Made by a program: the position numbers and the translations under genes
Notes under the pieces: model-generated
Databases searched by the model: none
What the model saw: the letters and a program-made list of their open reading frames with translations, nothing else
Told to the model about the DNA's origin: nothing
In this document: positions 48,025 to 58,260 of the stretch, one piece after another
How the letters are laid out: each line of letters starts with the position of its first letter
Numbering within the stretch: position 1 is the first letter of the stretch
NCBI GenBank assembly: GCA_963704165.1
Contig: CAVPHD010000005.1
Coordinates: 224,001 to 288,000, forward strand
Reading direction: 5' to 3'
DNA from: an uncultured delta proteobacterium
Lineage (GTDB): Bacteria > Myxococcota_A > UBA9160 > SZUA-336
DNA length: 64,000 nucleotides

Positions 48025-50106
48025 CTACGAAGCCGTACGCGGCAGGTTCTTGTCCTCGGGTAGAACTCGCTGGCGAGCGAGGTCTCGGAAGCGCGCGTGC
48101 GAATCGGGAACGCCCGTCGCCGCTTCGCGCCGCCAGACCCCGTCGGGATCGAGCGACCAGGAAAGTGGATTCGGCTCGAGGTTCACCGTCACGATCTCCT
48201 CCAGACGCGCCTGTAGCGCCGGGTCGTCGATCTGGGCCAGCGTCTCGACGCGCCGGTCGAGGTTGCGCGTCATCAGGTCGGCGGAGCCGACGAAATACCG
48301 CGGCGTTCGATCCGGGTGACCGAATCGGAAGATGCGGGAGTGCTCGAGGAAGCGTCCAAGCGTCGAGTGCACGCGAATCCGTCCCTCGACGCCCTCGGCG
48401 TCGGGCCGCAGGCAGCAGATGCTGCGGACGATCAGGTCGATCTCGGTTCCGGCGCGCGCTGCCGCATAGAGCGCGTCGATGATTCCTTCGTCGGAAAGGT
48501 TGTTCACCTTGATCACGATCCGACCCGCATCGGACTCCGTCTCGCGCCGGATCTCGTCGAGCAATCGCGAGCGCAGCGTCGCCGGAGCGACGAGCAGTCG
48601 CCGGTACCCGCCCGGCCGACCGCAGCCTGTCAGATAGTTGAAGACCTCGGAGATGTCGGCGCCGAGCTCGGGATTCGCGGAGAGCACGCCGACGTCCTCG
48701 TAGGTATCGGCGGTCGTCGCGTTGTAGTTCCCCGTGCCGATGTGGCAGTAGCGCCGGATCTCGTTGCCCTCGCGCCGCACCACCAGCGCGATCTTCGCGT
48801 GGGTCTTCAGGCCGACGATGCCGTAGACGACGTGCACGCCCGCCTGCTCGAGTCGCCGCGCCCATTCGATGTTCGAGCTCTCGTCGAAGCGCGCTTTGAG
48901 CTCGATCAGCGCGACGACTTCCTTGCCCGTCTGCGCACCGCGCATCAGCGCACGCACGATCGGGTTGTCGCGACCCGATGTCCGGTACAAGGTGTGCTTG
49001 ATCGCGAGCACGTCGGGATCCGTCGCGGCTTGCGTGAGGAAGGCCTCCACCGAGCTCCGGAACGAGTCATACGGGTGGTGAACGAGCACGTCGCCGTCGC
49101 GAATCACGCGAAACAGGTCGGGTGGGCCATCGCTGGGCAGCAGGCGAGGAGGCGTCTGCGGCAACCACGGTTCGTCCTTCAAATCGGAGCGATCGAGCGC
49201 ATACAGCGACCAGAGACTCCGCAACCCGAGTGGCCCGTCGAGCACGTAGACCTCGTCGTGCTCGAGCTCGAGCTCGGCGATGAGCAGATCGCGAACGCGC
49301 GTGGACATGCTTCGGTCGATCTCGAGCCGGACGGCGTCGTTCATGCGCAATCGACGTTGAAGCCCGGACTGGATGGCTTCGAGAAGGTCGTCGGCGTCGT
49401 CCTCGTCGAGCGAGAGCTCGGCGTCGAGCGTCAGGCGGAACGGGTGGTTCGAGACGATCTCCATGCCGCGGAAGAGCGCATCGAGATGAGCGGCGATCAG
49501 CTGCTCGATCGGGAGGAATCGTTCGCCGTCGGGAAGCGCGTAGAAGCGCGGCAGCAGGCCAGGCACCTTCACGCGCGCGAAGTGGCTCTCTCCGGAACCC
49601 GTTTCGCGCACGATCACGGCGAGGTTCAGCGACAGGTTCGACACGTACGGAAACGGGTGCGCCCGATCGACGGCCTGGGGCGTGAGAACCGGCAGGATCT
49701 GTTCCTCGAAGACACTTCGGAGTCGGTCGCGTTCGATCTGATCGAGCTCTGCCCATCCGACGAGACGAATTCGATTCTCGGCGAGCGCCGGCAGGATCTC
49801 CTTGTGAAGGACGCCTTCCTGCACACGAAGCTGATCGAGGACCTGCTTGCGGATCTCCGCGAGTTGCTCGCGCGGCGTTCGGCCATCCGAGGCGGGCCGG
49901 GTCACGCCAGCATCGACTTGCGCGCGCAAGCCCGCCACGCGCACTTGGAAGAACTCGTCGAGGTTCGAGCCCACGATCGCGAGGTACTTCACGCGCTCGA
50001 GCAGCTTCTGCCCGGGATCCTCGGCCAGAGCCAGCACGCGGCGGTTCCAGTCGAGCCAGGAGAGCTCGCGGTTGAGGAATCGCGCCTGATCTGGAGCCGT
50101 CGGCAT
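48025..50106 (-). CDS. ppk1: Polyphosphate kinase 1
   Basis: NRELSWL, SNLDEFF, HPFP, HHPYDSF, ELKARFDE, KTHAK, GTGNYN, RFLEH, SADLMTRNLDRRVE. Confidence 0.96.
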   Translation of the reverse strand: MPTAPDQARFLNRELSWLDWNRRVLALAEDPGQKLLERVKYLAIVGSNLDEFFQVRVAGLRAQVDAGVTRPASDGRTPREQLAEIRKQVLDQLRVQEGVLHKEILPALAENRIRLVGWAELDQIERDRLRSVFEEQILPVLTPQAVDRAHPFPYVSNLSLNLAVIVRETGSGESHFARVKVPGLLPRFYALPDGERFLPIEQLIAAHLDALFRGMEIVSNHPFRLTLDAELSLDEDDADDLLEAIQSGLQRRLRMNDAVRLEIDRSMSTRVRDLLIAELELEHDEVYVLDGPLGLRSLWSLYALDRSDLKDEPWLPQTPPRLLPSDGPPDLFRVIRDGDVLVHHPYDSFRSSVEAFLTQAATDPDVLAIKHTLYRTSGRDNPIVRALMRGAQTGKEVVALIELKARFDESSNIEWARRLEQAGVHVVYGIVGLKTHAKIALVVRREGNEIRRYCHIGTGNYNATTADTYEDVGVLSANPELGADISEVFNYLTGCGRPGGYRRLLVAPATLRSRLLDEIRRETESDAGRIVIKVNNLSDEGIIDALYAAARAGTEIDLIVRSICCLRPDAEGVEGRIRVHSTLGRFLEHSRIFRFGHPDRTPRYFVGSADLMTRNLDRRVETLAQIDDPALQARLEEIVTVNLEPNPLSWSLDPDGVWRREAATGVPDSHARFRDLARQRVLPEDKNLPRTAS

Positions 50107-50308
50107 TCTGGTCACACCGGGGGGCAACGAGGTTCGGATGCGACGTGTCGCACGTCGCGGGAAACGCAGAATACGATATCTGCAGGAGATATCTCGGCAG
50201 CTTCGATCTCGGCTTGAAGTCGCGTGCGGATCACGACCGGATTTTCGGGCCCGCGAGGTCGATGCACGGGTTTCCGAAACGGCCCGGTCTGACGTACCGT
50301 CGGCGGTC

Positions 50309-51463
50309 GTGAGGCTTCGCCAGGGCGCGCAGAACTTCGAAGTCACGGAGCTGCCGATCTACGAGCCCGAGGGCGCGGGTGAGCACCTGTACGCGTGGAT
50401 CGAGAAGGAAGGCGTGGATTCGGAGCAGGTGGTCGATGCGCTCCGCGCTGCAACGGGACGGCCGGCGCGCGACATCGGCTATGCGGGACGGAAGGACCGC
50501 TCGGCGATCACGCGTCAGTGGTTCAGCATCCGGCTCGCGACCGAAGGGGCGCTGCAGCGACTCGAAGCGCCCGCGGGTGGACGGATCTCGGTGCTCGAGG
50601 TCTCGCGTGACCGCAGCAAGCTCCGGCTCGGACAGCTGCGCGGGAACCGATTTCGGCTCGGAATCGACACGGAGGGCGACGAGGGAGCGCTGGCCACGTC
50701 GCGGGCCCGCCTCGCGCACATGACCGAGTTCGGTGTAGTCAACCGATTCGGCGCGCAGCGTTTTGGCATCGGCTCCGCGAACATCGAGATCGCGATCGCC
50801 TGGGGTCGGGGCGATGCCGCGCGCGCTGCATCGCTGTGCATCGACCCGACCGGAGCGTGGAAGCTCGGAGAGCCGCTGCCCTCGGGCTTCCGTCCGGGTC
50901 CCTCCGGACGCGTGCTCGGGGCGCTTCGACGCGCACCCGGGGACCCGAGTCTCGCACTCCGCGCCGCGGGGACGCGCTTCGCGAAGCTGATCGCATCTGC
51001 GGCGCAGAGCGCAGTCTTCAACGCGGTGCTCGAGGCGCGCCGCGGCGCCGGCTTGCTTCACACGCTGCGTGTCGGCGACGTCGCCCGCCGCCGCGAGGGC
51101 GGACTGTTCCGCTGTCTTCCGGAAGACCTCGAGACCCTGAACGCGAGTGCGGCGCCGGGTACGCTCGCGATCGCCGCGACGGGTCCGCTTCCGGGGTCCG
51201 AGATGTACGCGCCGGGTCCCGGAGTCGGCAACGAGGAGCGGGCCTGGAGCGAAGCGACCGGCGTGGATTGGAGCATCTTCGACTCCGGTTCCGTGCTCGC
51301 GAGCCCCGGCGATCGCCGCGCGTTGATCGTGCCCTTTCTCGAGCCTCCGAGGCTCGACGCCGATCGAGACGTCGTCTGGATCGACTTCGCGCTCCCCTCC
51401 GGCAGCTATGCGACCGAAGTGATGACTCAACTCGGTGTAGAGCTCCCCGAGCGTCGCGCCTAG
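50309..51463 (+). CDS. truD: tRNA pseudouridine(13) synthase TruD
   Basis: GAGEH, YAGRKDRSAITRQWFS, GNRF, NRFGAQRFG, FALPSGSYAT; start uncertain (frame open from 50138). Confidence 0.9.
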   Translation: MRLRQGAQNFEVTELPIYEPEGAGEHLYAWIEKEGVDSEQVVDALRAATGRPARDIGYAGRKDRSAITRQWFSIRLATEGALQRLEAPAGGRISVLEVSRDRSKLRLGQLRGNRFRLGIDTEGDEGALATSRARLAHMTEFGVVNRFGAQRFGIGSANIEIAIAWGRGDAARAASLCIDPTGAWKLGEPLPSGFRPGPSGRVLGALRRAPGDPSLALRAAGTRFAKLIASAAQSAVFNAVLEARRGAGLLHTLRVGDVARRREGGLFRCLPEDLETLNASAAPGTLAIAATGPLPGSEMYAPGPGVGNEERAWSEATGVDWSIFDSGSVLASPGDRRALIVPFLEPPRLDADRDVVWIDFALPSGSYATEVMTQLGVELPERRA

Positions 51464-51638
51464 GACCTCGCAGGCGATCCTGGTCATCAGCGTCGGATGC
51501 GTCCTGCGCCGAACGGACGCAAGGCCGGCACGCCTCGCTCCGATAGTCCGGAAGACGCCGGGCGATCAGGGAGTGCCCGACGAATTGCCGCATCTCCGCA
51601 CTCGAACTCGAGTGAATCGGGAGCCGAGCGACCTGACG

Positions 51639-52466
51639 ATGCCCGACGCGCTCACGATGTCGATCGCTCTCGCGCGAGGGCTCGCCACGGCGCACGAGGT
51701 GCTCCACGTCGAGGGAATGCGCGCGGCCGCGGCGCTCGAGGGAAACCCGTTCGAGGTCGAGGTCCGGCGCTTCGGCCGCGCGACCGCGACGCTCTCGGCG
51801 AAGCTGGGGCTCGTGGAATCGTACAACCGTGTCGTCGGCCTCGAGCTCCAGGACGCGCGCGCGATTCCCGAGATGCTCGCGTTCTTCCGCACTCGAGGCA
51901 TCCGCGCGCGCTTCGAGATCGGCCCGGCGGAGCTGACCTCGGCGCTCGCACTCCAGCTCGCGATCGAGAGGGTCGGAGTCGAACGGATCGAGACGGTGGT
52001 TCACGCACCGATCGCCGCCCTGGTGCCCCCGCGCGCGAGTCGCGTGCGGGTGAGACCGTCGCCGTTCGAGGAGCTCGATACGTTTCTCGAGATCTGGGCG
52101 CGCGGCTTCGCGCTGCCGGAGTTCCTCTGGGCGGACGTGAAGCGGATGCGCGCGGCCTGGTTCAGCATCCCGACGCTCGAGCGCTACGTGGCGATCATCG
52201 ATGGTGAGCCGATCGCCTGCGCTGGCCTCTACGTCCACGGTGACGTCGGCTACCTGTGCGAATCGGCGACGCTCCCCGAGGCGCGTGGCCGTGGCGCGCA
52301 GGCCGCGTTGATCGCCCGACGCTGGCGCGACGCCGCTGCTTCGGGATGTCGACACGTGATGAGCACGACCTCGTTTGGCGGAACGAGCCAGAGCAACATG
52401 GAGCGCGCGGGAATGCGGACCGCACACTCCATGTGCATCTGGCTCGACTACGGCCTGGGATTCTGA
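51639..52466 (+). CDS. GNAT family N-acetyltransferase
   Basis: ATLPEARGRGAQAALIARR, SQSNMERAG. Confidence 0.82.
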   Translation: MPDALTMSIALARGLATAHEVLHVEGMRAAAALEGNPFEVEVRRFGRATATLSAKLGLVESYNRVVGLELQDARAIPEMLAFFRTRGIRARFEIGPAELTSALALQLAIERVGVERIETVVHAPIAALVPPRASRVRVRPSPFEELDTFLEIWARGFALPEFLWADVKRMRAAWFSIPTLERYVAIIDGEPIACAGLYVHGDVGYLCESATLPEARGRGAQAALIARRWRDAAASGCRHVMSTTSFGGTSQSNMERAGMRTAHSMCIWLDYGLGF

Positions 52467-52502
52467 CCCGACCGACGCTGCCAAACGGCTTGTCGCCCGA
52501 AC

Positions 52503-52516
52503 TGGAACGTGTTCCA
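52503..52516. promoter_or_regulatory. KstR-like operator
   Basis: TGGAACGTGTTCCA, identical to the core at 43377-43390. Confidence 0.75.
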
Positions 52517-52612
52517 ATTGCCTCGACGAAGGCGCAGGCACGGCACGGGAAGGGCGGAGTCGAGGAGGACGCCGAGTCGGTCGTCGGAGCTGCTCCGGGA
52601 GGGAGTTTCTCA

Positions 52613-53248
52613 TTGAGGCATCCTCTTCGGTTGCATCCCGCGATGACGGCTTCTGGAGTCGTGGCGATCGTCCTCGCTCTGGCGGTGCCCGCGTCTTCGT
52701 CATCGACCGCTCCCCAACCCGGGTGGGCGGGCGTACCGGCCGGCGGCGGCTTCGAGGCGGAACCGAGCTGCACTTCGTGCCACACGGGCTTTCCGCTGAA
52801 CTCCGACGGGCGAGGAGCTCTGACGCTTTCTGGTGTTCCCACCCATTACGCTCCGGGAAAGCGCTATCCGCTCGTGCTCGAGCTGCGGCATCCCGACGAA
52901 GAGCTCCGCCGCTGGGGCTTTCAGCTCACCGCGGTTCGTGCCCAGACGCTCTCGGGCGCGGGATCGTTCATCGTGACCGACGCTCCGAACACGGAGCTCA
53001 TCCGCGGAACCGTCGGAGATCGCGAATACATGAGCCACTCCTACTACGGCACCGGCGTCGGCGAGGCGGGCGGCTACCACTGGGGTTTCGACTGGATCGC
53101 TCCCGAGCGTGGAGCCGGTCGGGTCGAGTTCTACGGGGTCGGGAGCGCCGCGAATCTGGACGGCTCGCAGGAGGGCGACCGGATCTACGGTCCGGGGCCG
53201 AAGCCGCTCGCGATCACAGACCCCAAGCCGGACGCGGCGAAGGAGTAG
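52613..53248 (+). CDS. Secreted Reeler-like domain protein with CxxCH motif
   Basis: Signal peptide; SCTSCHTG; YAPGKRY, WGFQLTA, FDWIAP, VEFYGVG; TTG after GGAGGGAG (alternative ATG 52643). Confidence 0.7.
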   Translation: MRHPLRLHPAMTASGVVAIVLALAVPASSSSTAPQPGWAGVPAGGGFEAEPSCTSCHTGFPLNSDGRGALTLSGVPTHYAPGKRYPLVLELRHPDEELRRWGFQLTAVRAQTLSGAGSFIVTDAPNTELIRGTVGDREYMSHSYYGTGVGEAGGYHWGFDWIAPERGAGRVEFYGVGSAANLDGSQEGDRIYGPGPKPLAITDPKPDAAKE

Positions 53249-53252
53249 CGGC

Positions 53253-54125
53253 ATGAGATTCTGGCAGTCCGTATCGCTCACCGAACCCGACCAGGTCGTC
53301 GAGATCGCGAAGATCTCCGAAGAGGTCGGGTTCGACGGGATCCTCGTGTCCGACCATCTGTTCTTTCCCGAGAAGCTCACGTCGAAGTATCCCTACTCGC
53401 CGGATGGCGTTCCCGGTTTCACGGCGGAGACGGCGTGGCCCGAGCCGTTTGCGCTGATCGCCGCGATGAGCGCGGTCACGCGACGCGTGCGCTTCGCGAC
53501 GATGGTCTACATCCTTCCGCTTCGAAATCCGCTCGAGGTCGCGAAGGCGACGGCCACGCTCGACGTGCTCTCGGGTGGGCGATTCGTTCTCGGCGTCGGC
53601 GCGGGCTGGATGAAAGAGGAGTTCGACCAGCTCGGAGTGGACTTCCACACGCGCGGCGCGCGCCTCGACGAGTCGATCGACGTCCTGCGAACGATCTGGT
53701 CCGGCGGCATGGTCGAGCACCACGGGCGCTTCTTCGATTTCCCGCGTCTGCAGATGAGCCCGAAGCCGACGCAGGACGTGCCGATCTACGTCGGCGGCGC
53801 GAGCCCTGCGGCCCTGCGTCGCACGGCGCTCCGCGGCGATGGCTGGCTCGGAAACGGGTCGGACCCGGAAGAGGCATCGCGCGTACTCGCCGAGTTGAAG
53901 CGTCTGCGCCACGAAGCGGGTCGCGAGAATTCGCCGTTCGAGGCCGTCGTTCCGCTCACGACGCCGGCCGACGCCGACGTGCTGCGCAGGCTCGAGGACC
54001 AGGGCGCGCACGGCACCGTCAGCTACCCGATCCTGTACGCGCTCGGGCCGACGTCGACGCTCTCCGAGAAGCGCCGCTACCTCGAGAACTACGCGGAAAC
54101 GGTGATCCGAAAAGTGCCGAGCTGA
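53253..54125 (+). CDS. LLM-class (probably F420-dependent) oxidoreductase, Rv2161c-like
   Basis: VSDHL, LPLRNP, TLDVLSGGRFVLGVGAGWMKEEF, PIYVGG, GDGW. Confidence 0.88.
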   Translation: MRFWQSVSLTEPDQVVEIAKISEEVGFDGILVSDHLFFPEKLTSKYPYSPDGVPGFTAETAWPEPFALIAAMSAVTRRVRFATMVYILPLRNPLEVAKATATLDVLSGGRFVLGVGAGWMKEEFDQLGVDFHTRGARLDESIDVLRTIWSGGMVEHHGRFFDFPRLQMSPKPTQDVPIYVGGASPAALRRTALRGDGWLGNGSDPEEASRVLAELKRLRHEAGRENSPFEAVVPLTTPADADVLRRLEDQGAHGTVSYPILYALGPTSTLSEKRRYLENYAETVIRKVPS

Positions 54126-55798
54126 TGGCCGACCTCGAGGCCATTGCCGCCAAGCTCACGGGTCCGGGCGGCCCGTTCGAGATCGTCGTCGAGGACGTGC
54201 TCGGCACGCGCATGCCGGTTTTCAAGAATCGACTGCGCTCGCTGCGGGCGCTTCTCGAGCAATCGGCCGCCCACGACGACAAGGAGTACCTCGTCTGCGA
54301 GGGCCGACGCATTTCCTATGCGGAGCACCTGCGCCGGGTCGCACACGTGGCGGTCGCGCTTCGCGAGCGCTTCGGCGTCGGCAAGGGGGATCGCGTCGCG
54401 ATCCTCGCCGCGAACTGCCCGGAGTGGATCATCGCGTTCTGGGCGGCGCAGGCGCTCGGCGCGATCGCCGTGGGATTGAACGGCTGGTGGGCGGGCGACG
54501 AGATCATCTTCGGGATTCGCGATTGCGACCCGAAGGTCCTGATCGCGGATCGCCGCCGACTCGAGCGCGTGCCGGGGTCCGCGCTCGGGATCCCGATCGT
54601 CGAGATCGAGTCCGATTTCGAGAAGCTCGCCTCGGGCGATGGCGAAGCGGTGCTTCCCGACGCCGCGATCTCCGAGGACGATCCCGCCGCGATCCTCTAC
54701 ACGAGCGGCACGACCGGACGACCCAAGGGCGCGATCAACACGCAGCGCAACATCCTCGCACTGCTCGGGATCCAATTCTTCCACGGCGTGCGACTGATGA
54801 TGGCTGCCGCCGCCGACGGGCGCGTGGCGTCCGGTCCGCCGCGACCGACCTGTGCTCTCGTCACGACACCGCTCTTCCACGTCTCGGGTCTGTACACCGG
54901 AGCGATCGTGATGCTCGCCAGCGGTGCGAAGACGGTCTGGCGTACGGGTCGCTTCGACGCCGAAGACGTCATGCGCCTGATTGCGCGCGAGCAGATCACT
55001 TCGTGGGCGCCGATGGGCACGATGGCCCACCGCGTCGTCCACCACCCAAGCGTCGGCAAGTACGATCTATCGAGCATCGTCAGCATCGGCTCGGGCGGCG
55101 CTCCGACGAGTCCCGAGCTGCAGGCGAAGATCCGAGACGCATTTCCATCCGCGCGCGCGAGCTTCGGGCTCGGTTACGGCCTCACCGAGTGCACCGCGCT
55201 GGCGACGATCTCGTTCGGCGAGGACCTCGCGCGCCATCCGCACTCCGTCGGACAGCCGCTACCGACCGTAGAGATCGAGATCCGCGACGGCGGCGGCCGC
55301 GCGCTGCCCGAGGGCGAGACCGGCGAGATCTGCATCCGGAGCCCGCTCGTGATGGCCGGGTACTGGCGCAACCCGCGCGCCAGCGCCGAGTCGATCGTCG
55401 CCGATCGCTGGCTTCGCAGCGGCGACGTCGGACGGATCGAGGACGGCCGGCTGTACGTCGATTCGCGCGCGCGCGATCTGATCCTGCGCGGCTCCGAGAA
55501 CATCTACCCGGTCGAGATCGAGCAGCGCCTCGAAGCGCATCCCGACGTGCTCGAGGCGGCGGTGGTCGGCGTCGATCACGACGAGCTGGGCCAGGAGGTG
55601 AAGGCGATCGTCGTCGTCCGCTCCGGAGCGCGCCCGACGCCATCTCTGCTCGCCGCGTGGGTGGCCGACACGCTCGCCGCCTTCAAGGTTCCCGCGCATT
55701 GGCAGCTCGGCGAAGAACCGCTGCCGCGAAACGCCACCGGCAAGATCCTGAAGGACGTCCTCACGGGAGCGAGTGCGAATCCGTTCGTCGCCGAGTAG
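54125..55798 (+). CDS. Class I adenylate-forming enzyme (acyl-CoA synthetase)
   Basis: YTSGTTGRPKG, PLFH, GYGLTE, SGD, ENIYP, PRNATGK. Confidence 0.92.
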   Translation: MADLEAIAAKLTGPGGPFEIVVEDVLGTRMPVFKNRLRSLRALLEQSAAHDDKEYLVCEGRRISYAEHLRRVAHVAVALRERFGVGKGDRVAILAANCPEWIIAFWAAQALGAIAVGLNGWWAGDEIIFGIRDCDPKVLIADRRRLERVPGSALGIPIVEIESDFEKLASGDGEAVLPDAAISEDDPAAILYTSGTTGRPKGAINTQRNILALLGIQFFHGVRLMMAAAADGRVASGPPRPTCALVTTPLFHVSGLYTGAIVMLASGAKTVWRTGRFDAEDVMRLIAREQITSWAPMGTMAHRVVHHPSVGKYDLSSIVSIGSGGAPTSPELQAKIRDAFPSARASFGLGYGLTECTALATISFGEDLARHPHSVGQPLPTVEIEIRDGGGRALPEGETGEICIRSPLVMAGYWRNPRASAESIVADRWLRSGDVGRIEDGRLYVDSRARDLILRGSENIYPVEIEQRLEAHPDVLEAAVVGVDHDELGQEVKAIVVVRSGARPTPSLLAAWVADTLAAFKVPAHWQLGEEPLPRNATGKILKDVLTGASANPFVAE

Positions 55799-55802
55799 CC
55801 GG

Positions 55803-56606
55803 TTACGCTGGACTCCCGGGCGGGCGAGGCAGACCGACGAGGAAGGTCGCGTGCACCGGTGGGCCGACGAGGCGAATGCGCCCGATCTCCCAGATGTACG
55901 CATCACGGTGTCGCGGCTCGAGCGATTCGACGAGCGCGCGGAGCTCCGGTGGCGAGTAGACGCGGAAGCAGGACACGAGCCCGTCCCAGAGCACGAAGAG
56001 CGGCAGGATCGGCACCAGGTACGTGAACGGGATCCACGACCAACGGAACGGGCGCAGGAACGGCAAGGAGAGCGCGAAGAAGATCGGCGCGAAGAGGATG
56101 CCGACGATCGAGAGCGGTTCGCGCCCGATCGCCTCGAAGATCGCGATCGGGCGACCGCGGTCCGCCGCGTCCGCGAGGATCCGCCGTGCGGCCTCCGGGC
56201 GGAAGTGGTGCAGCGCGTTGAAGATCGTGCGAACTCCAGCCAGCTCGGGTGGCACGCGTGTCGCGTCGACGGGCTCGCGGTGCCAGTCGATGCGTCCCGA
56301 AGAGCCCGCCGCGACGCGCGAGAGCGCAGCTTCGTTCGGGTAGAAGTCCGTGAGTAGGGCGCGGACCTCGATGCCCTCGCACGCAAGCCGATCGATGATC
56401 CCCGCGATCGGCCCCGCGCCTCCGGAACACAGATCGACGACGCGTTTCTCGCCGACCGCCGCGAGCGTCGCGCCGAGCTTGGGTGCGAGGGCTTCCGGAT
56501 GTCCGGCAAGGCGCGACGCGAACTCCAGGTACGCGGTTCCGGCGTCGCGCAGGACCGACGGGAACCATGGCTGGTCCTCGAGTTCGAACAGGTGCAATCG
56601 GTTCAT
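55803..56606 (-). CDS. Class I SAM-dependent methyltransferase-like protein
   Basis: VDLCSGGAGP, TDFYPN, PVDAT, ALHHF. Confidence 0.7.
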   Translation of the reverse strand: MNRLHLFELEDQPWFPSVLRDAGTAYLEFASRLAGHPEALAPKLGATLAAVGEKRVVDLCSGGAGPIAGIIDRLACEGIEVRALLTDFYPNEAALSRVAAGSSGRIDWHREPVDATRVPPELAGVRTIFNALHHFRPEAARRILADAADRGRPIAIFEAIGREPLSIVGILFAPIFFALSLPFLRPFRWSWIPFTYLVPILPLFVLWDGLVSCFRVYSPPELRALVESLEPRHRDAYIWEIGRIRLVGPPVHATFLVGLPRPPGSPA

Positions 56607-56635
56607 CGCGCGCGCTCTTGTACCATGAGCGGCGC

Positions 56636-57103
56636 ATGGCTCAGTGGATCCCGATCGGCCGCTTCGCGCAGCTCTCCGGCTTCACGGTTCGAGCGCTGCG
56701 GCACTACGAGAGCCTCGGCCTGCTCGTGCCGGGGCGCGTCGATCCCGCCAGCGGCTACCGATTCTATCGTCCCGAGCAGCTGCCCGACGCGCTGCGCGTT
56801 CGACTGCTGCGCGCGCTCGAGATGCCGCTGCCCGACGTCGAGGCGGTGATGCGCGATCCCGAGAGCCCGGGCGCGCTCGAACAGCTCCGCGCGCACCGCG
56901 TCCGAGTCGCCTCGCGACTCGGTGAGCTCGAGCAGCAGCTTGCTCGGCTCGACGAATGGATTCACGGAGCGCTGCAAGAGCTCGACGCCGAGCTGCCCGC
57001 TCTCGACGAGGGCTCCGCAGATCCGTCCGGCGAGGAAGACCGCCCGGCCGAACCGTTGGAGCGGGCGTTCCTCGAGCTTTTCGGTCCGCCCGAGAAGCCC
57101 TGA
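56636..57103 (+). CDS. MerR family transcriptional regulator
   Basis: IGRFAQLSGFTVRALRHYESLGLL...DPASGYRFY. Confidence 0.92.
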   Translation: MAQWIPIGRFAQLSGFTVRALRHYESLGLLVPGRVDPASGYRFYRPEQLPDALRVRLLRALEMPLPDVEAVMRDPESPGALEQLRAHRVRVASRLGELEQQLARLDEWIHGALQELDAELPALDEGSADPSGEEDRPAEPLERAFLELFGPPEKP

Positions 57104-57253
57104 CCGTCCACTCCGAGGCTCCTTCCCGATGGGCATTCCCGACGGGAAATCGATGGTGAATGGCCACGATTGTGACCCAGCGTACGGTGCCGGATCTGGC
57201 CCTCTGCGATCGTCGCGCTCGCAAAGCAGTCCTGCACCGCGCTGGGGGGCCTC

Positions 57254-58234
57254 GTGTCGATCTCAATTCTGCGTCCGATCTGCTTTCTCCTCGTTTTCGC
57301 CGCGCTCGCCGGATCCGCGGCCGCGCAGGACGTCACGGTCCGCTGGATTCCGCAGCCCGCGCCCGGCATCGTCGGATACAACGTCTACATCGCGCGCATG
57401 AGTGCGGGGGCGCTCGTCGCCGTGCCGATCGACGTCGGGCGGCCGCAACCCGACTCCCAGGGAATTGCGAGCGTGCGCCTGATCGGCATCGATCGGACGG
57501 CGCCGCTGCTCTCGATCGAGATGACGTCCTACGATTCGCTCGGTCGGGAATCGCCGCGTTCCAATCGCGTGCTCCTCGTCGGGGACGGCGAGACGGTTGC
57601 AGAGCCCTCTTGGTCTGCCGACTTCGAGTTCGCGACCATTGGCAACCGGGCCCCCGGATTCATCGACTGGGGCGGGGCGTTCGCGGTCGGCCAGCTCGGC
57701 GACGGGAACCTGGTTTTCGGCTCGACGATTCAGAGCCAGGGTGGACTGAGTGTGTCGCGTCAGATCGGGTGGATGAGCGCGTCGTGGGCACCGTACGAGT
57801 TGGAGGGGCGCATGTCCGTGCTGCTCGGCTCGACGGCTGCGGGCGTGGGGGTGCGCGTCGGAGCCTGGGACCTGAGCTCGGCTTTCCTGCTCGGGGGCGA
57901 CGCGTCGGGCGAGTTCGCGCTCGATCAGATCGGAAAGCCGAGCCTGCGCTGCGCGGTTTCGCCGTCGACGGGAGTTCGGATCTCGAGGGGACGCTGGTTC
58001 CGCTTCCGACTGCGCCACACGGCACCGGACGGCCGCGCGCGCCTGCGCGCGAAGATCTGGCGTCCGGGCGACATCGAGCCGAGCCTGTGGCAGGCGGACT
58101 GTTGGACCGACGTTCCTCCGACGAGCGACAACGGCACGTTCGCCCTCTACCAGGCGGGAAACGGAATCACGTACTGGGACGATCTCGTCGTTCGTCCGGT
58201 GACGGGCACGTTCAGTCGTCCGCCGTCCCCGTGA
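57254..58234 (+). CDS. Secreted protein: FN3-like N-terminal domain plus concanavalin/LamG-like beta-sandwich
   Basis: Signal peptide; VTVRW...IVGYNVY...MTSYDSLGRESPRSN; WFRFRL...RAKIW...YWDDLVV. Confidence 0.6.
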   Translation: MSISILRPICFLLVFAALAGSAAAQDVTVRWIPQPAPGIVGYNVYIARMSAGALVAVPIDVGRPQPDSQGIASVRLIGIDRTAPLLSIEMTSYDSLGRESPRSNRVLLVGDGETVAEPSWSADFEFATIGNRAPGFIDWGGAFAVGQLGDGNLVFGSTIQSQGGLSVSRQIGWMSASWAPYELEGRMSVLLGSTAAGVGVRVGAWDLSSAFLLGGDASGEFALDQIGKPSLRCAVSPSTGVRISRGRWFRFRLRHTAPDGRARLRAKIWRPGDIEPSLWQADCWTDVPPTSDNGTFALYQAGNGITYWDDLVVRPVTGTFSRPPSP

Positions 58235-58260
58235 GCCACGCGGACGGGTAAGATCGGCGC

